A stretch of DNA of 64,000 nucleotides from Candidatus Velthaea sp. (GCA_965214935.1 CBDCCS010000022.1:448001-512000), one strand, 5' to 3'. Positions 47,271-60,834 are shown, counted from the first letter of the stretch. Notes: a model not told the origin generated them from the sequence alone. A program made the numbers and translations.

Positions 47271-48052
47271 CGCAAACGCATGCGGCGTTGCAGCCCGCGG
47301 ACTTTTTGTTGACCGGAAAGCGCGCGGTGGTGACCGGCGCGAGTCGTGGACTCGGCTGGGACATTTCGATTGCACTTGCTGAATACGGCGCCGACGTCGT
47401 CGGCTTCGCGCGGACCGAAAACGAACTTTCGGCGCTCCAAACGGAGATTGAAACGCGCGGGCGGCGTTTCGTCGGTGTCATCGGCGGCGTCGATGACACG
47501 GCGGCCGTCGACGCGCTCGTGCAACGCGTCGATGCGGAGTTCGGCGGTGTCGACATCCTGGTCAATAATGCCGGCATTTCTACAGTCGAACCGGCAGTCG
47601 ACATTACGCACGCGACGTGGGACAAACAACTCGCGGTTAATTTGAGCGGAGCGTTCTTCTGCGCGCAAGCACTCGGGCGCGGCATGATCGCACGCGGATA
47701 TGGCCGCATCATCAACGTCACGTCGATCGCGGGCATCGTCGGCATGCTCGATCACGCCGCTTACGTGACGACCAAAGGCGGTTTAAACGCCTTAACGCAG
47801 TCGCTGGCGGTCGAATGGGGGCCGCACGGACTTACCGTCAATGCGATCGCGCCGACGGTCGTGTTAACGCCGATGGGCGAACGCGTCTGGGGTGCGCCCG
47901 AAAAGGGCGGTCCGATGAAAGCCAAAATTCCGATTGGGCGCTTCGGTAAACCGCGCGAAGTTGCAGCGGCTTGCGTGTATCTCGCTTCGGATGCGGCGGG
48001 CTTGATTAACGGCCACGTGCTCGTTCTCGACGGCGGTTACACCGCAGCGTAA
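47267..48052 (+). CDS. SDR family polyol dehydrogenase (GolD/DthD-like)
   Basis: TGASRGLG, NNAG, YVTTK and APTVVLTPMG. Confidence 0.85.
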   Translation: MTQTHAALQPADFLLTGKRAVVTGASRGLGWDISIALAEYGADVVGFARTENELSALQTEIETRGRRFVGVIGGVDDTAAVDALVQRVDAEFGGVDILVNNAGISTVEPAVDITHATWDKQLAVNLSGAFFCAQALGRGMIARGYGRIINVTSIAGIVGMLDHAAYVTTKGGLNALTQSLAVEWGPHGLTVNAIAPTVVLTPMGERVWGAPEKGGPMKAKIPIGRFGKPREVAAACVYLASDAAGLINGHVLVLDGGYTAA

Positions 48053-48112
48053 TCGCGCTGCTTCTTGGCGTTCGCCGGATTGTTTACGGCAGCACCCGAG
48101 GTTAAGAATCGT

Positions 48113-49630
48113 ATGAACGACTCGACCGGCGATGTTGTGCTGGGCATCGACGCCGGCACCGGCGGACTTCGAGCCGGCTTATTCGACTTGAGCGGCGCGC
48201 CGCTCAGCATTGCCGACCGTGGCTATACGACGAGGTATCCGCAGCCGGGCTGGGCCGAGCAACATCCGCAAGACTGGTGGGATGCGCTCGTTGGTGCGGT
48301 GCGTGAGGCGCTCGCACAAAGCGGCATCGACGGCCGTCGAGTCATCGGCTTAGCCGTCGATGCGCCATGCGACATCCTGCTCGCCGACGAAGCCGGCACG
48401 CCGTTGACCGACGCGCTGATGTGGATGGATCTGCGCGGCGCCGAACAGGCTCGGCGGCTTACCGATTCGCATTCAGCGGTGCTGCGGTATTGCGGCGGCG
48501 TCGTTCCCGCCGAATGGCCGTTGCCCAAAACGTTGTGGTTGAAAGAAAACGCGCACGCGACGTGGTCGGCCGCGACGCGGCTGGTCGAGCAGATGACGTG
48601 GCTCACCTGGAAGTTAACCGGCGAGTGGATTGCGCCGCTCAATAGCGCTTCGGCAAAGTGGCACTATCGTAGCGGCTGGCCGACGGATTTACTGCACGCC
48701 GTCGGGCTCGACGACGCGCTCGAGAAACTGCCGCATACGGTCGTCCCGATGGGTGGCCGCGGCGGCGATCTGTCGGATAGCGCGGCCAACGCGCTCGGGT
48801 TACAACCGGGCATTGCCGTTGCAATGACGGGGATCGACGCGCACGTCGGGATGGCCGGCATCGATGTCCTTGCACCGGGATCGCTCGCGCTCATCACCGG
48901 AACGTCGACGTGTCAGATGGCGCAGTCGCGCGAAGCGGTCTTTGATGCCGGTTTATGGGGACCGTTTGAGGATGCCGTTGTCGGCGGCGACTGGACGATC
49001 GAAGCGGGCCAAGCCAGTACCGGCGGCACGGTTCGCTGGCTGCTCGATCTCGTCGGTGGGCGCTGGTCGGCTGCCGAACGCTATCAACTCGCCGATGAAG
49101 CCGCGGCGGCTGCCGGGCCCGGTGCCGACGGTTTGACGCTGCTCGATTATTGGCAAGGCAGCCGGACGCCGGTGCGCGATCCCGCTGCGCGCGGTACGCT
49201 GTGGGGCCTAACGACCGGTCATGGTGCCGGTCATCTTCTCCGCGCCGTCTACGAGGGCACCGCATATGGTAACAAGCGAATTCTCGACACCCTTGCCGAG
49301 GTTGGGGTGCCGACGCAACGGATTGTCGCGTGCGGCGGCGGCGTACGCAGCCGTTTGTGGTTGCAGATTCTCGCCGACGTTGCCGGATTACCGATCGAAT
49401 TGACCACCGTCGACGACGCAGTCGCCTTGGGCAGCGCGATCTGCGCGGCCGTTGCGGCCGGTGCGTTTCCAAGCTTAGCTGCAGCGGCTTCAGCGATGGT
49501 GCACATGGCCGAGCGTATCGAGCCGAACGCCGCGTTGCATGATGTCTATGAGGAGGGTTATCAGCTGTATCGCGCGACCTACGAAGCGCTCGCGCCGTTG
49601 TACGCACGTTCGGCCCTGCGATCTCCGTAA
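48113..49630 (+). CDS. FGGY-family carbohydrate (pentulose) kinase
   Basis: GIDAGT, MWMDLR, GIDAHVG, ITGTSTC, WQGSRTP and EGTAYG. Confidence 0.88.
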   Translation: MNDSTGDVVLGIDAGTGGLRAGLFDLSGAPLSIADRGYTTRYPQPGWAEQHPQDWWDALVGAVREALAQSGIDGRRVIGLAVDAPCDILLADEAGTPLTDALMWMDLRGAEQARRLTDSHSAVLRYCGGVVPAEWPLPKTLWLKENAHATWSAATRLVEQMTWLTWKLTGEWIAPLNSASAKWHYRSGWPTDLLHAVGLDDALEKLPHTVVPMGGRGGDLSDSAANALGLQPGIAVAMTGIDAHVGMAGIDVLAPGSLALITGTSTCQMAQSREAVFDAGLWGPFEDAVVGGDWTIEAGQASTGGTVRWLLDLVGGRWSAAERYQLADEAAAAAGPGADGLTLLDYWQGSRTPVRDPAARGTLWGLTTGHGAGHLLRAVYEGTAYGNKRILDTLAEVGVPTQRIVACGGGVRSRLWLQILADVAGLPIELTTVDDAVALGSAICAAVAAGAFPSLAAAASAMVHMAERIEPNAALHDVYEEGYQLYRATYEALAPLYARSALRSP

Positions 49631-49665
49631 GCTGCGCTACAACGTTTTCTGTAAGACATGTGATC

Positions 49666-49696
49666 AAGAGCCGCTCGAAAACGAGCAGCTCTTTTT
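49666..49696 (+). terminator. Intrinsic terminator of the polyol catabolic operon
   Basis: AAGAGC.GCTCG-aaaa-CGAGC.GCTCTTTTT. Confidence 0.75.
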
Positions 49697-49706
49697 CGTT
49701 GACGCG

Positions 49707-51050
49707 CTATTCGGCGATCGAGAAGAGTACGCCCGACGACATCGCGCCCCCGGCAGTGGTGGTGCCGTACAGATAATTGTCCCCACCGTCGAGCAGTGCG
49801 CCTTGCGGCGTTGCGCCGTCGGTTCCCTTAAAGTCGTGGATGTCGCTGAACGTACCGCCACTGGTAATCTCGAAAACGGTGCCGAATTGACCGCTTGCAC
49901 CGCCCGACGTCGTGGTTCCGTAAATAGCGCCGTTGAATGCTACGGTCAGTTGAGCGGAAGGCGACGCACCCGTCGCGCCGTTACCGAAATCATAGATGAC
50001 CTTGGACGTTGTTCCGCCGCGGGCGATTTTAAACACAACGCCGTTACCGGCGGATCCGCCGACGGACGTCGTTCCATACAAATTACCATTGAGATCCGTC
50101 GAGAGTTTGGCGGTCGGGACTGCGCCGTCGGCGCCGCCGCTAAAGGTGTGGAGTGTTTGTAATTGGCCGGCCGGTGTGATGCGAAAGATCGTTCCCGAGC
50201 CGCCGGCAGCGCCGGTCGACGTCGTACCGTATAAATACGGGGAGACATACTGCTTATTTTCGGACGGAATCATGCGATCGACGACAGCACTAAGCGGCCC
50301 GGTACGAGCGCTATTGGCTTTGCCGCCTCGGTCGACGCGTAACGCCAGACCGGCTTGCGGCGAACCTCCGTCAGCACCGCCGGTAAACGTATATATTGTC
50401 GAGAATACACCCGAGGACGTCACGCGATAGACGGTGCCATAACCGGACGCTCCGCCGGACGTGGTACCATAATAATTGCCGTCGGTAAACTGGGTGAGCC
50501 GGCCGGCCGGAAACGCTCCATCAGCACCGCCGCTAAACGTATGCACGGCGAAGGGTGGGCCATTCTTAGCGGTTGCAAACAAGGTCCCATCGCCGTCTGC
50601 GCCACCGCTGATAGCGATTCCGAGCTGAGTGTTGCCGGCTTGAAAGTACTGGCTTTCGTTATTCGCAAGACCCTCGAGCGGAACGCCACCGTCGTTGCCA
50701 CCGCTGAAGTTATAAACCGAACCGAATAGAGCCGAACCGATCGTATAGGCAAAAATCGTACCGGACAGCGCAGAGCCGCCGCCCTCGGTCTCACCGAATA
50801 TCGTGCGAATAAGACGATTGTTGGAGTAGCTCAGCGCGAGGTCGAGGTTCCCTTCAGGCGCGCTGCCGTCCGCACCGCTAAAGGCATGTAAGATGTTGAC
50901 GCCTCGCGACGCCGCCGCCCGAGGAGCAAGTGACTGCAGGCGATGCGCGACGCCGCTTGTCGGCGCCGCGATTGCGACCGCGTTCATACTCAAAGCGATC
51001 GCAGTTGCACCAAGCGCCGTCTTCACTGCGAGATAGGGTCTCAATGTCAT
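49707..51050 (-). CDS. Secreted repeat protein (Gloeobacter/Verrucomicrobia 'GloVer'-type repeats)
   Basis: Signal peptide. Repeated F.GGADG..P...L.....G..YGTT..GG...G..F units. Confidence 0.8.
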   Translation of the reverse strand: MTLRPYLAVKTALGATAIALSMNAVAIAAPTSGVAHRLQSLAPRAAASRGVNILHAFSGADGSAPEGNLDLALSYSNNRLIRTIFGETEGGGSALSGTIFAYTIGSALFGSVYNFSGGNDGGVPLEGLANNESQYFQAGNTQLGIAISGGADGDGTLFATAKNGPPFAVHTFSGGADGAFPAGRLTQFTDGNYYGTTSGGASGYGTVYRVTSSGVFSTIYTFTGGADGGSPQAGLALRVDRGGKANSARTGPLSAVVDRMIPSENKQYVSPYLYGTTSTGAAGGSGTIFRITPAGQLQTLHTFSGGADGAVPTAKLSTDLNGNLYGTTSVGGSAGNGVVFKIARGGTTSKVIYDFGNGATGASPSAQLTVAFNGAIYGTTTSGGASGQFGTVFEITSGGTFSDIHDFKGTDGATPQGALLDGGDNYLYGTTTAGGAMSSGVLFSIAE

Positions 51051-51183
51051 GTTGCATCCTTACTTTCGATAAAGCACGACGACAATGTGAGCGGATCGAC
51101 GAAATCGAGCCGGCTGCAAACAATCTTGAGCCTCGAGCGAACGTCGGGGCTCAAGCAATGAATGGTCGGACGAGAAGCGCGAG

Positions 51184-52581
51184 CTAGACGTTAATGCAGG
51201 AGTTTGCTGCGCCTTGAATGGTCGATGCAAACGTCGAGCCGAGGCTTGAATAACCGGTTGTGCCGGAACTAACGGCCGGTTCGGCTTCGTCGACGGTTGT
51301 AATCGGTGTGGATGCACCGGGATGCTTAAAAAGCGACGGCGTCGTTAAATCTTTCTCGAGTAAACGTAATGCGGACGCTCCGTACGACGCATTCCCGGCG
51401 CTATTTGCCAACAGATAGGTGACGGCAACAATCGGATAGCCGGTCTTCGGCTGAGCATATGCCGACGGTACGAGCACCTTAACGCAACTGCCGGAACGAA
51501 CACCCGTCAAGGCTGACGTCGTCGCAGGTCCGCCACCGTATACCGTTTGATTGACCGCAACGTTCGACTGCAACGAGCTCGATGTCACGGTATTGGCAGC
51601 TGCCGGCAGACCGACGATCGGATCGTAAGCTACGTTCGTCGTAGCGTTGATGACGTCGGCATAGTTCGTGCCGCTCGCGAGCGGTAGGAGATAACCGGCT
51701 TCGGCGTAGCCGATCGCGCCGTTCACGGCTTTTATTTCAGCGATAACACCACCGTTGCCCGTTGCGCCGACGGCACTTGCCGGCAGTTTGGTATCGGCCA
51801 TGGTGAACGTCTGATTTACGCCGAAGCCGCAAGCCTTCTGAAGGTGATTGGTAAAGTTAAAGCTCGTTCCACTGCCGTCTGCGCGGTACACCGGAACGAT
51901 TCTGGTCGGATCGCTATTGTGCAATAACTGACCGAAGGTTGTGACGCCGCCGGTGTAGATGCTGCATAACTGCGCATCCGAAAGCGTGATCCGTGTAGTT
52001 TGGGCGGCATCGTGATAGTAAATTGCGATCGAGCCGTAGACCGACGGCAATTCGACAGGTTCCATCGGCGACGCGTGGTTGGAAATGTAACTGCTATACT
52101 CAGTTTGTGCCAATGGGGCATCGGTGCCCGCAAGATTTGCAAACGTTTGACGCGGCGAACCGCTGGGCGGCAGAAAACCAAACGTCGTTGCGCTCGAACC
52201 GCTCGCGGCATTCGAGCAAGGTATGTCGACGGTATTGATCGGGCCATCGAAAACGCCTTTACCTTTGCCGCTGCCCGTCGAACAGTACTCAACGTTGAAG
52301 CCGCCGGTTTGCGACGCAAAGTAACCAAAGATCGAACCGGCGACACCAACGCTCGTTTGTCCCGATGACTGATAGCCGCCATTAAGGCTTCTGCCGAGGT
52401 ATGCGGGCACCGGTAGAGTCGCGCCGCCGCCGAGGACGACGGTATTCGTGACTAAGGGACGAGCGCCGAACATGTGAAAAGTCGCCTGCGGAACTTGCGA
52501 TGCGCCGGCCGCCAAGGCCGAGCCGGCGATGAGCGCAAGCGGAACCGAGGCCGCAATTGCGCGCTTGAGTTGTCTCTTCAT
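51184..52581 (-). CDS. DING/PstS-like phosphate-binding protein
   Basis: GGGATLP, YCSTGSGKGK, AGTDAPL, VYRADGSGTS and GYPIV. Signal peptide and GAGGAG SD. Confidence 0.8.
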   Translation of the reverse strand: MKRQLKRAIAASVPLALIAGSALAAGASQVPQATFHMFGARPLVTNTVVLGGGATLPVPAYLGRSLNGGYQSSGQTSVGVAGSIFGYFASQTGGFNVEYCSTGSGKGKGVFDGPINTVDIPCSNAASGSSATTFGFLPPSGSPRQTFANLAGTDAPLAQTEYSSYISNHASPMEPVELPSVYGSIAIYYHDAAQTTRITLSDAQLCSIYTGGVTTFGQLLHNSDPTRIVPVYRADGSGTSFNFTNHLQKACGFGVNQTFTMADTKLPASAVGATGNGGVIAEIKAVNGAIGYAEAGYLLPLASGTNYADVINATTNVAYDPIVGLPAAANTVTSSSLQSNVAVNQTVYGGGPATTSALTGVRSGSCVKVLVPSAYAQPKTGYPIVAVTYLLANSAGNASYGASALRLLEKDLTTPSLFKHPGASTPITTVDEAEPAVSSGTTGYSSLGSTFASTIQGAANSCINV

Positions 52582-53003
52582 TTCACTCCTCTACGAGTTG
52601 AGAAGGCAACGGCGTCTTCGTTGGTGCGAATGCTGCGCGCAAATGCATACATGCAAGTCGTTGCAGCAATCGAATTTTGCGTGCAAGCGCAATCGCGCAT
52701 CCGACCGTCGCCGCAGACACCCTAGCACGAGTCGACGGTTTAGAAAACTAACATTGTATTAACAACATGGTCGCGCAATCGCCGTCACGCGTCGCGCCGC
52801 TCAACGTGCTGATGTTCGAGCCATATTGCGTACGACAGTGACCAAGCGGACTTCGTGTTGACGGCTGTATTTTCGCGTCGCACTACACATTTATTTATCG
52901 AGCTTTGGTTAATCCGTGCTTAACGTTTTTGTGGTGTCATACGCGAGTGGGACGTGGTCGATTCCGACAACGTGCTGGTGCTCTGTTCGTGAAATGGGGA
53001 TAG

Positions 53004-56000
53004 ATGCTCGTTTGGCTACGCGCTTCTTTTGCGCGCCCATATTTTCTGTTTTTCATCTTTCTGTGCCTCATTTGTGGAGCTCCCACGAGCGCCGCGGGAA
53101 CCGGACAAATCACCGGCGTCGTCACCGACACGAAAGGTACGAATATTGCCGGCGCGGCAATCGACATTCGCTCGCCGGCCGATCATTATACGACCAAATC
53201 GGACGCGAGCGGACGCTTTGCGCTCGCCGGGTTGACCGTTGATACGTATACGATTAGCACGACCAAAGCGGGATTCGACACCTTTGTTATCGGCGGCGCG
53301 ACAATATCGCAAGATGAAACTTATCGCGTCACAATTCGCCTTGGTGCCAAGCTTCAAACGATCGGACGGACCCGCGCACGTCCGATTACAAGTGCCTTCC
53401 AACCCGAACAGACGATCGACCGGACAGTGGTAACCGCTGCGGGCATCGATCAACTTCTCGGCAAGTCGTTCGATACGAACGGTAAACAGTTGCTGAGCGA
53501 ATTGCCCGGCGTCGCGATCGACAAAAACGGGACGGTGCTCATCCGCGGCGGTACGAGCTTTGAGGGTGCTCTAGAGGTTGAGGGCATCGATTATACGGAG
53601 CCGAATCGGAGCTTGAGCAACCGGTTTGAAAATGCCGGCAACGGCTACTTACTCAACGGCGTCGGCTCGATCGAAATCATACCCGGTGGCGGTGACGCAA
53701 CGCATGGCAACACCGGCACCGGACTCATCGCACTTACGGCTAAACGCGGAACGTCACCGTCATTTGCGACGGTCGACCTCGAAAAGGGTACGCTCGGCGG
53801 CGCCAACCCGTCGAATCAGTTCGGCTTCGAGTACGGCTTTACGGCTCTCAAGAATCGGCTATCGAACTACACGACCTTCATCGCCGAAGACCGGCATGAA
53901 TTTTATGGCCCGTATGGCACCGATCCGACCGGCATCATCGCCGACCCGAGCTCGATCAATCCCGACCTGCAAGGTCTCAGCACCGCAGATCAGCGGACGC
54001 TCTACACGACGTCGGCATTTAACGCGTCGTTCCAAAGTTCACGTGACTTTCTCAACAATCTCGTCTACAAGTTCGGCCGCGATCAGTCGCAGCAAGTGCA
54101 ATTCTTCGTTCAGTCGCAAGTTGTACACCAAGATCTTGACTATGGCGGTGCACAACTGTTAACGGCCGTCCCGCAAACGATCGGCAACCAGCTGCTCTAC
54201 GGCCGCGGAAATTTCAATCAATCTCTGCAACTCCTGACCGGCGGCAATGACCCGATCAACTACCCCGGTTTCCCCGCAACCCAATTAAACAACGCGACCT
54301 TGATCGACTTCCTCAATCGGTTTGCACCGCGGGTAATCGGCGCAGTTCCCGGCGCAACGTTACAGTCGCCCGAGACAATCGACAGCCCGTTCTCGGCGTA
54401 TAAGATTGAATACGATAACACTCTCACTCCGACGACGAGTCTCCAGCTTCGAGCTTATCGCACCGACGATGCGGCATCTGAGGCTCTGCCTTCGCAGGGT
54501 CTTGCCGTCCCGGCCGAAGGCGGCCTTCGCCGCGGCTTAGCAAGCGACATAACGAAGGTGCTCAGTGACAAACATACACTGCGATTCGGCGGAAAATACG
54601 ACTTTGCCCAGCCGTTTGGTTCGCGCATCGACACCAACGATTACACCGGCATTTTTGGCGGTCTCTACACGCTTTCCGGCAATGCAACGAACTTTTCGAA
54701 TCTAGGCGCAAACACGCACGACGTCATTGCCGATTTCCTCCAGCCGCAACCAGTCGTCTACGATCCGGTGGGTGGAGCAGCGGTGATAAGCGGGACGCCG
54801 GGATGCATCGGCTTTACGCCACCTGGGGCGCCTGCATTCCTCTCCGCTCCCGCAGAGCATTGCGGTTATCTCTATCGCTACTTTCCAAACGGGCCCCCGC
54901 GGCTACCGGCGGAGGTTGAAGCTCCGCTTGCGCGTCAGCAGAGCTACGGACTCTACGCACAAGATACGTACGCACCCAATTCGCGGTTGCGGATCCTCGC
55001 CGGGTTGCGACTCGACGGTTATAACTTTCTGCTACCCGACGATGTCGGCAGCCCGCCAGCCGTCGACGGTCTTCGGCACCAGCGGCTGTACGAACCGAAG
55101 CTGGGGCTGAGTTACCGGATTGGTAATCGCGATGCGGTTCGCGCAAACTTCGGCCGCTCGCTGGCGATCCCGCTGCCATCGTTTCTCGGAAACGATATCG
55201 ATCGGTCGTCACTTGCGGCTTTTGCGAAAATCCCATCCTATGATAGCGTTACCGGTTTGCCGGCGACGTATTGCGGCTTGCCCAGCCTCATTGCAATTCC
55301 ATACCAGCCACCGGTGTATCTCGGCAATCAGCCGTGTAAATCGTACGCCGACCAGTTGTATTGGCTCTTACGAGACGCACGTTTTGGCGGTCAATCACAA
55401 ATCACAAGTCCGCTGCGCGGTGCCACCTTTACGAACGACGACTTTACCTATTCGCACGAGTTCAACGGCGGTGCGGCGATCAAGATTACACCATTCTATC
55501 GCCGCGGTTACGATGTCGTTGAAACATCGCAGACGTTACTTGGCATCGATCCGACGTCCGGTACCGAACAGCTCAGTCCCGAAATCCAATCGAACCTCGG
55601 CTTCCAGACGGCAGCGGGTTTTGAATTCGTAGCTACGACGCCGCAACGGCCGACAGGTTTGAGTGCGACGGTTACGGCGACGTACGTGAATCAAATCGGC
55701 AACGATCCGCCGGGTAACTATTTGCCGACGGCCTCGATTCAACTCGGTGAAGTCTACCATTCGCCGACGATTGCGCCCATGCAGGCGACATTCGCTGCAA
55801 CGTATCGCACCAAATGGGGCCTACGGATCAATCCGATCCTCACCTTGAAAAGCGGTTATCCCTACGGGAGCGGCGTTTACCAGGCACTCACGATCAACGG
55901 CAAACCCTACTACATCCCGTACACCGATGCAATTTACCAAGGCTTTTTCTCATCGTTGTTATCGAACGGGAACGTCGACCCTCAATATCCGGGGACGCTA

Positions 56001-56369
56001 ACGAATCCGAACATCGTTGCAACACGCGGGACCGAAGCGCCGACCTCAACGGCCGGCAACCTATTCTCTTCTCCGTATGTGAATCTCGATTTGACGATCT
56101 CAATGACCCCGCCGCCGGGCAAGAACGGACTTACCTATGGGCTCGCAATCACCAACTTTTTCGACCGGACATCGAGCGTTCCATACCCCAATTTCGCGAA
56201 CGACTGCGTGCTCGTCTATACCGGCTTGTGCGCTGGAAGCGGCTTTGCAGCGGTATCGGACGCCACGCATAGCGCGGCGAAGACAGCGAACAGTTTAAAC
56301 AATCCTTATTTGGTGTACGTCAACGCGCTACCCATTGCGATCCGTTTCTTCGTGCAGGCACATCTGTGA
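53004..56369 (+). CDS. TonB-dependent receptor with N-terminal carboxypeptidase-regulatory-like domain
   Basis: GQITGVVTD...SGRF, LSELPGV, IRGG, YAQDTY, GLRLDGY, EPKLGLSY and C-terminal FFVQAHL. Confidence 0.85.
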   Translation: MLVWLRASFARPYFLFFIFLCLICGAPTSAAGTGQITGVVTDTKGTNIAGAAIDIRSPADHYTTKSDASGRFALAGLTVDTYTISTTKAGFDTFVIGGATISQDETYRVTIRLGAKLQTIGRTRARPITSAFQPEQTIDRTVVTAAGIDQLLGKSFDTNGKQLLSELPGVAIDKNGTVLIRGGTSFEGALEVEGIDYTEPNRSLSNRFENAGNGYLLNGVGSIEIIPGGGDATHGNTGTGLIALTAKRGTSPSFATVDLEKGTLGGANPSNQFGFEYGFTALKNRLSNYTTFIAEDRHEFYGPYGTDPTGIIADPSSINPDLQGLSTADQRTLYTTSAFNASFQSSRDFLNNLVYKFGRDQSQQVQFFVQSQVVHQDLDYGGAQLLTAVPQTIGNQLLYGRGNFNQSLQLLTGGNDPINYPGFPATQLNNATLIDFLNRFAPRVIGAVPGATLQSPETIDSPFSAYKIEYDNTLTPTTSLQLRAYRTDDAASEALPSQGLAVPAEGGLRRGLASDITKVLSDKHTLRFGGKYDFAQPFGSRIDTNDYTGIFGGLYTLSGNATNFSNLGANTHDVIADFLQPQPVVYDPVGGAAVISGTPGCIGFTPPGAPAFLSAPAEHCGYLYRYFPNGPPRLPAEVEAPLARQQSYGLYAQDTYAPNSRLRILAGLRLDGYNFLLPDDVGSPPAVDGLRHQRLYEPKLGLSYRIGNRDAVRANFGRSLAIPLPSFLGNDIDRSSLAAFAKIPSYDSVTGLPATYCGLPSLIAIPYQPPVYLGNQPCKSYADQLYWLLRDARFGGQSQITSPLRGATFTNDDFTYSHEFNGGAAIKITPFYRRGYDVVETSQTLLGIDPTSGTEQLSPEIQSNLGFQTAAGFEFVATTPQRPTGLSATVTATYVNQIGNDPPGNYLPTASIQLGEVYHSPTIAPMQATFAATYRTKWGLRINPILTLKSGYPYGSGVYQALTINGKPYYIPYTDAIYQGFFSSLLSNGNVDPQYPGTLTNPNIVATRGTEAPTSTAGNLFSSPYVNLDLTISMTPPPGKNGLTYGLAITNFFDRTSSVPYPNFANDCVLVYTGLCAGSGFAAVSDATHSAAKTANSLNNPYLVYVNALPIAIRFFVQAHL

Positions 56370-57736
56370 CGTCCCGGTTGCGACGGCTGAGCGTTGCGAT
56401 CGGCGTAGCGCTCGCGGGTTGCTCGAACGGCGGAACATCCGCAACGCCGGCCGTACAAACAGCAAACATCGCGCAAACGGCAAAGCTGCAACTCGCGGTC
56501 GGCACCGCGACGATCGCCTATTCCGACGGAAGTTTTGTCGGCACGAATTTCGTCTCGACGTTTCGCGGCGTCGACGGGCACAGCGCGACGCTCGCAAACA
56601 CGCCGACAATCACCGGCCCGCCATCGTTCATCATCGGTTTTCCGGGCACGCCGAACACGTTGAGCGGCACGTTACCCAACGTACTGAGTAACGCATTACT
56701 TGCTACCCAGCAAGGCGCTCCGCTCCCGCCGACGCTGGGCGCGGGCCTCGGGCCGCTCGTCGGCGTGTTCGGTTATGGAATGGCCGGCGACAATTTGCTG
56801 TCACCACAGGTAGCAAACTTATTAGCGCGTTATACCGGTGGCGTTCAGAACTCGAATGGAACCACGACATTAATTTGTCAAACGTTGACACCACTTTCCG
56901 GTCAAGGTTCGCCGTACGATGAGTTCAGTCCACCAATCTCCGGGCCATCGGGTAGTGTAGCGTTGACCGGCGCGGCGCAATCAAACGAGTTAGCACTTCC
57001 CGTCGGTAGCGGTCAAATTTACGATCCGGCCGGCAATAACATCAATTGCCCCGTAAGCTTGCTCAAATCGAATTACGCCGCCGCTGCCGATCCCGATCTT
57101 GCGATCAATTATTATGGTGGCCCACCTGCGTGGCCCTCACCCCAAGGCTATGGGAACGCGTTGTTCTTTACCGGCTATCCGCTTGGCTTCACCGATTTTT
57201 TTACGCTACCGGTGCCCGGCTCGTACGGGCTGGATGTTGCCTACGCAACGAATGCCGCATCGACGACGTACGGCCACCTCGACGCGTCAGCAACCCTCGC
57301 CGATACGCAAGCACTACCGCCGATGACGATCGCCAGTGCGATAGTTCATCCCGACGGCACCGGCAGCGTTATCGTTAACGTTCCCAGCGGCGTCGTTGAA
57401 GCCATCATTCTCGTGCGCGCGATCGATTGCGACATTTCGGAACGTCCGGCACAAAACCTCAACAATTACGCCGTTGTCACGCACGCGACGGGTACGCAGC
57501 AGGTAATTTTTGCTGCAAACTTAGGGCCGCCGAACAACGCCGGACAACCAACGCCGACGTTTTGTGCCGGTCCCAGCAGTCCGCTCCACGCAACTGCGTT
57601 TGCCGTAGGGTTCGATTACCCGGCGTACGAGTCGTCATATCCGTTCAACACGACGCAAACGCCGAAGATAACGAATGCGAGCGGGCAAGCCGACGTGACG
57701 ACGAGCGTACCATTTCCGTTCACGCAAGGATCGTAA
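56366..57736 (+). CDS. Hypothetical lipoprotein
   Basis: Lipobox ALAGC. GTGA overlap with the receptor gene. Confidence 0.75.
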   Translation: MTSRLRRLSVAIGVALAGCSNGGTSATPAVQTANIAQTAKLQLAVGTATIAYSDGSFVGTNFVSTFRGVDGHSATLANTPTITGPPSFIIGFPGTPNTLSGTLPNVLSNALLATQQGAPLPPTLGAGLGPLVGVFGYGMAGDNLLSPQVANLLARYTGGVQNSNGTTTLICQTLTPLSGQGSPYDEFSPPISGPSGSVALTGAAQSNELALPVGSGQIYDPAGNNINCPVSLLKSNYAAAADPDLAINYYGGPPAWPSPQGYGNALFFTGYPLGFTDFFTLPVPGSYGLDVAYATNAASTTYGHLDASATLADTQALPPMTIASAIVHPDGTGSVIVNVPSGVVEAIILVRAIDCDISERPAQNLNNYAVVTHATGTQQVIFAANLGPPNNAGQPTPTFCAGPSSPLHATAFAVGFDYPAYESSYPFNTTQTPKITNASGQADVTTSVPFPFTQGS

Positions 57737-57738
57737 TC

Positions 57739-60243
<2,505 letters not shown>

Positions 60244-60402
60244 GCCGGCTCGTGCATGGTCGTTCTGCAACTTTACGTGTTACGCACGAACGAGACAACG
60301 CCGCAAAGCGTATCCGACGAGAACGGCGATCGCGATTGCCCAAACGCCGACATGCTGTGCCGACCAATTCCACGCAAGGACGACCGGACGAGCGGCGTCC
60401 AC

Positions 60403-60834
60403 TTAAGCCGGGACGCGTGTCCGGCGGGCCGTGGTCGGCGGAACTTCGCTCGGCCGCAAGAGAATGAACACGGCGGCGATGACGATGTTGATCGCTGCCT
60501 GCGTGATGAATTGCCCGGTCGTGAGCGTATGCGCGCCGAACGTGCTTGCCAGCGCATAAGCAATGCCGATCGCTTGTTCGGCGACCGCAACCCAAATGAG
60601 CGTGCTGAAACGCTGCGGGTTCGTCGCGACGATCAAGTACACGAAGCCGAGCAAAAAGAGAACCATCCCGTACTGCTGGCTCATCAGCAACAAATCGCCC
60701 GTCCATCCCGATTTCGGCGCCCAGCCGACGAAGCTCGCACCTTGCTGCTGTGCAAACGTCGACAGAGCACCGTTGAGCAATTCCCACACGCCCCAAATAA
60801 CGAGTATGCCTTGAATCGGTCGAGTTGATTTCAT
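60403..60834 (-). CDS. Small membrane protein (about 4 TM)
   Basis: Hydrophobic, with SQQYGMVLF...ATNPQRF..LIW. GAAGGA SD. Confidence 0.7.
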   Translation of the reverse strand: MKSTRPIQGILVIWGVWELLNGALSTFAQQQGASFVGWAPKSGWTGDLLLMSQQYGMVLFLLGFVYLIVATNPQRFSTLIWVAVAEQAIGIAYALASTFGAHTLTTGQFITQAAINIVIAAVFILLRPSEVPPTTARRTRVPA

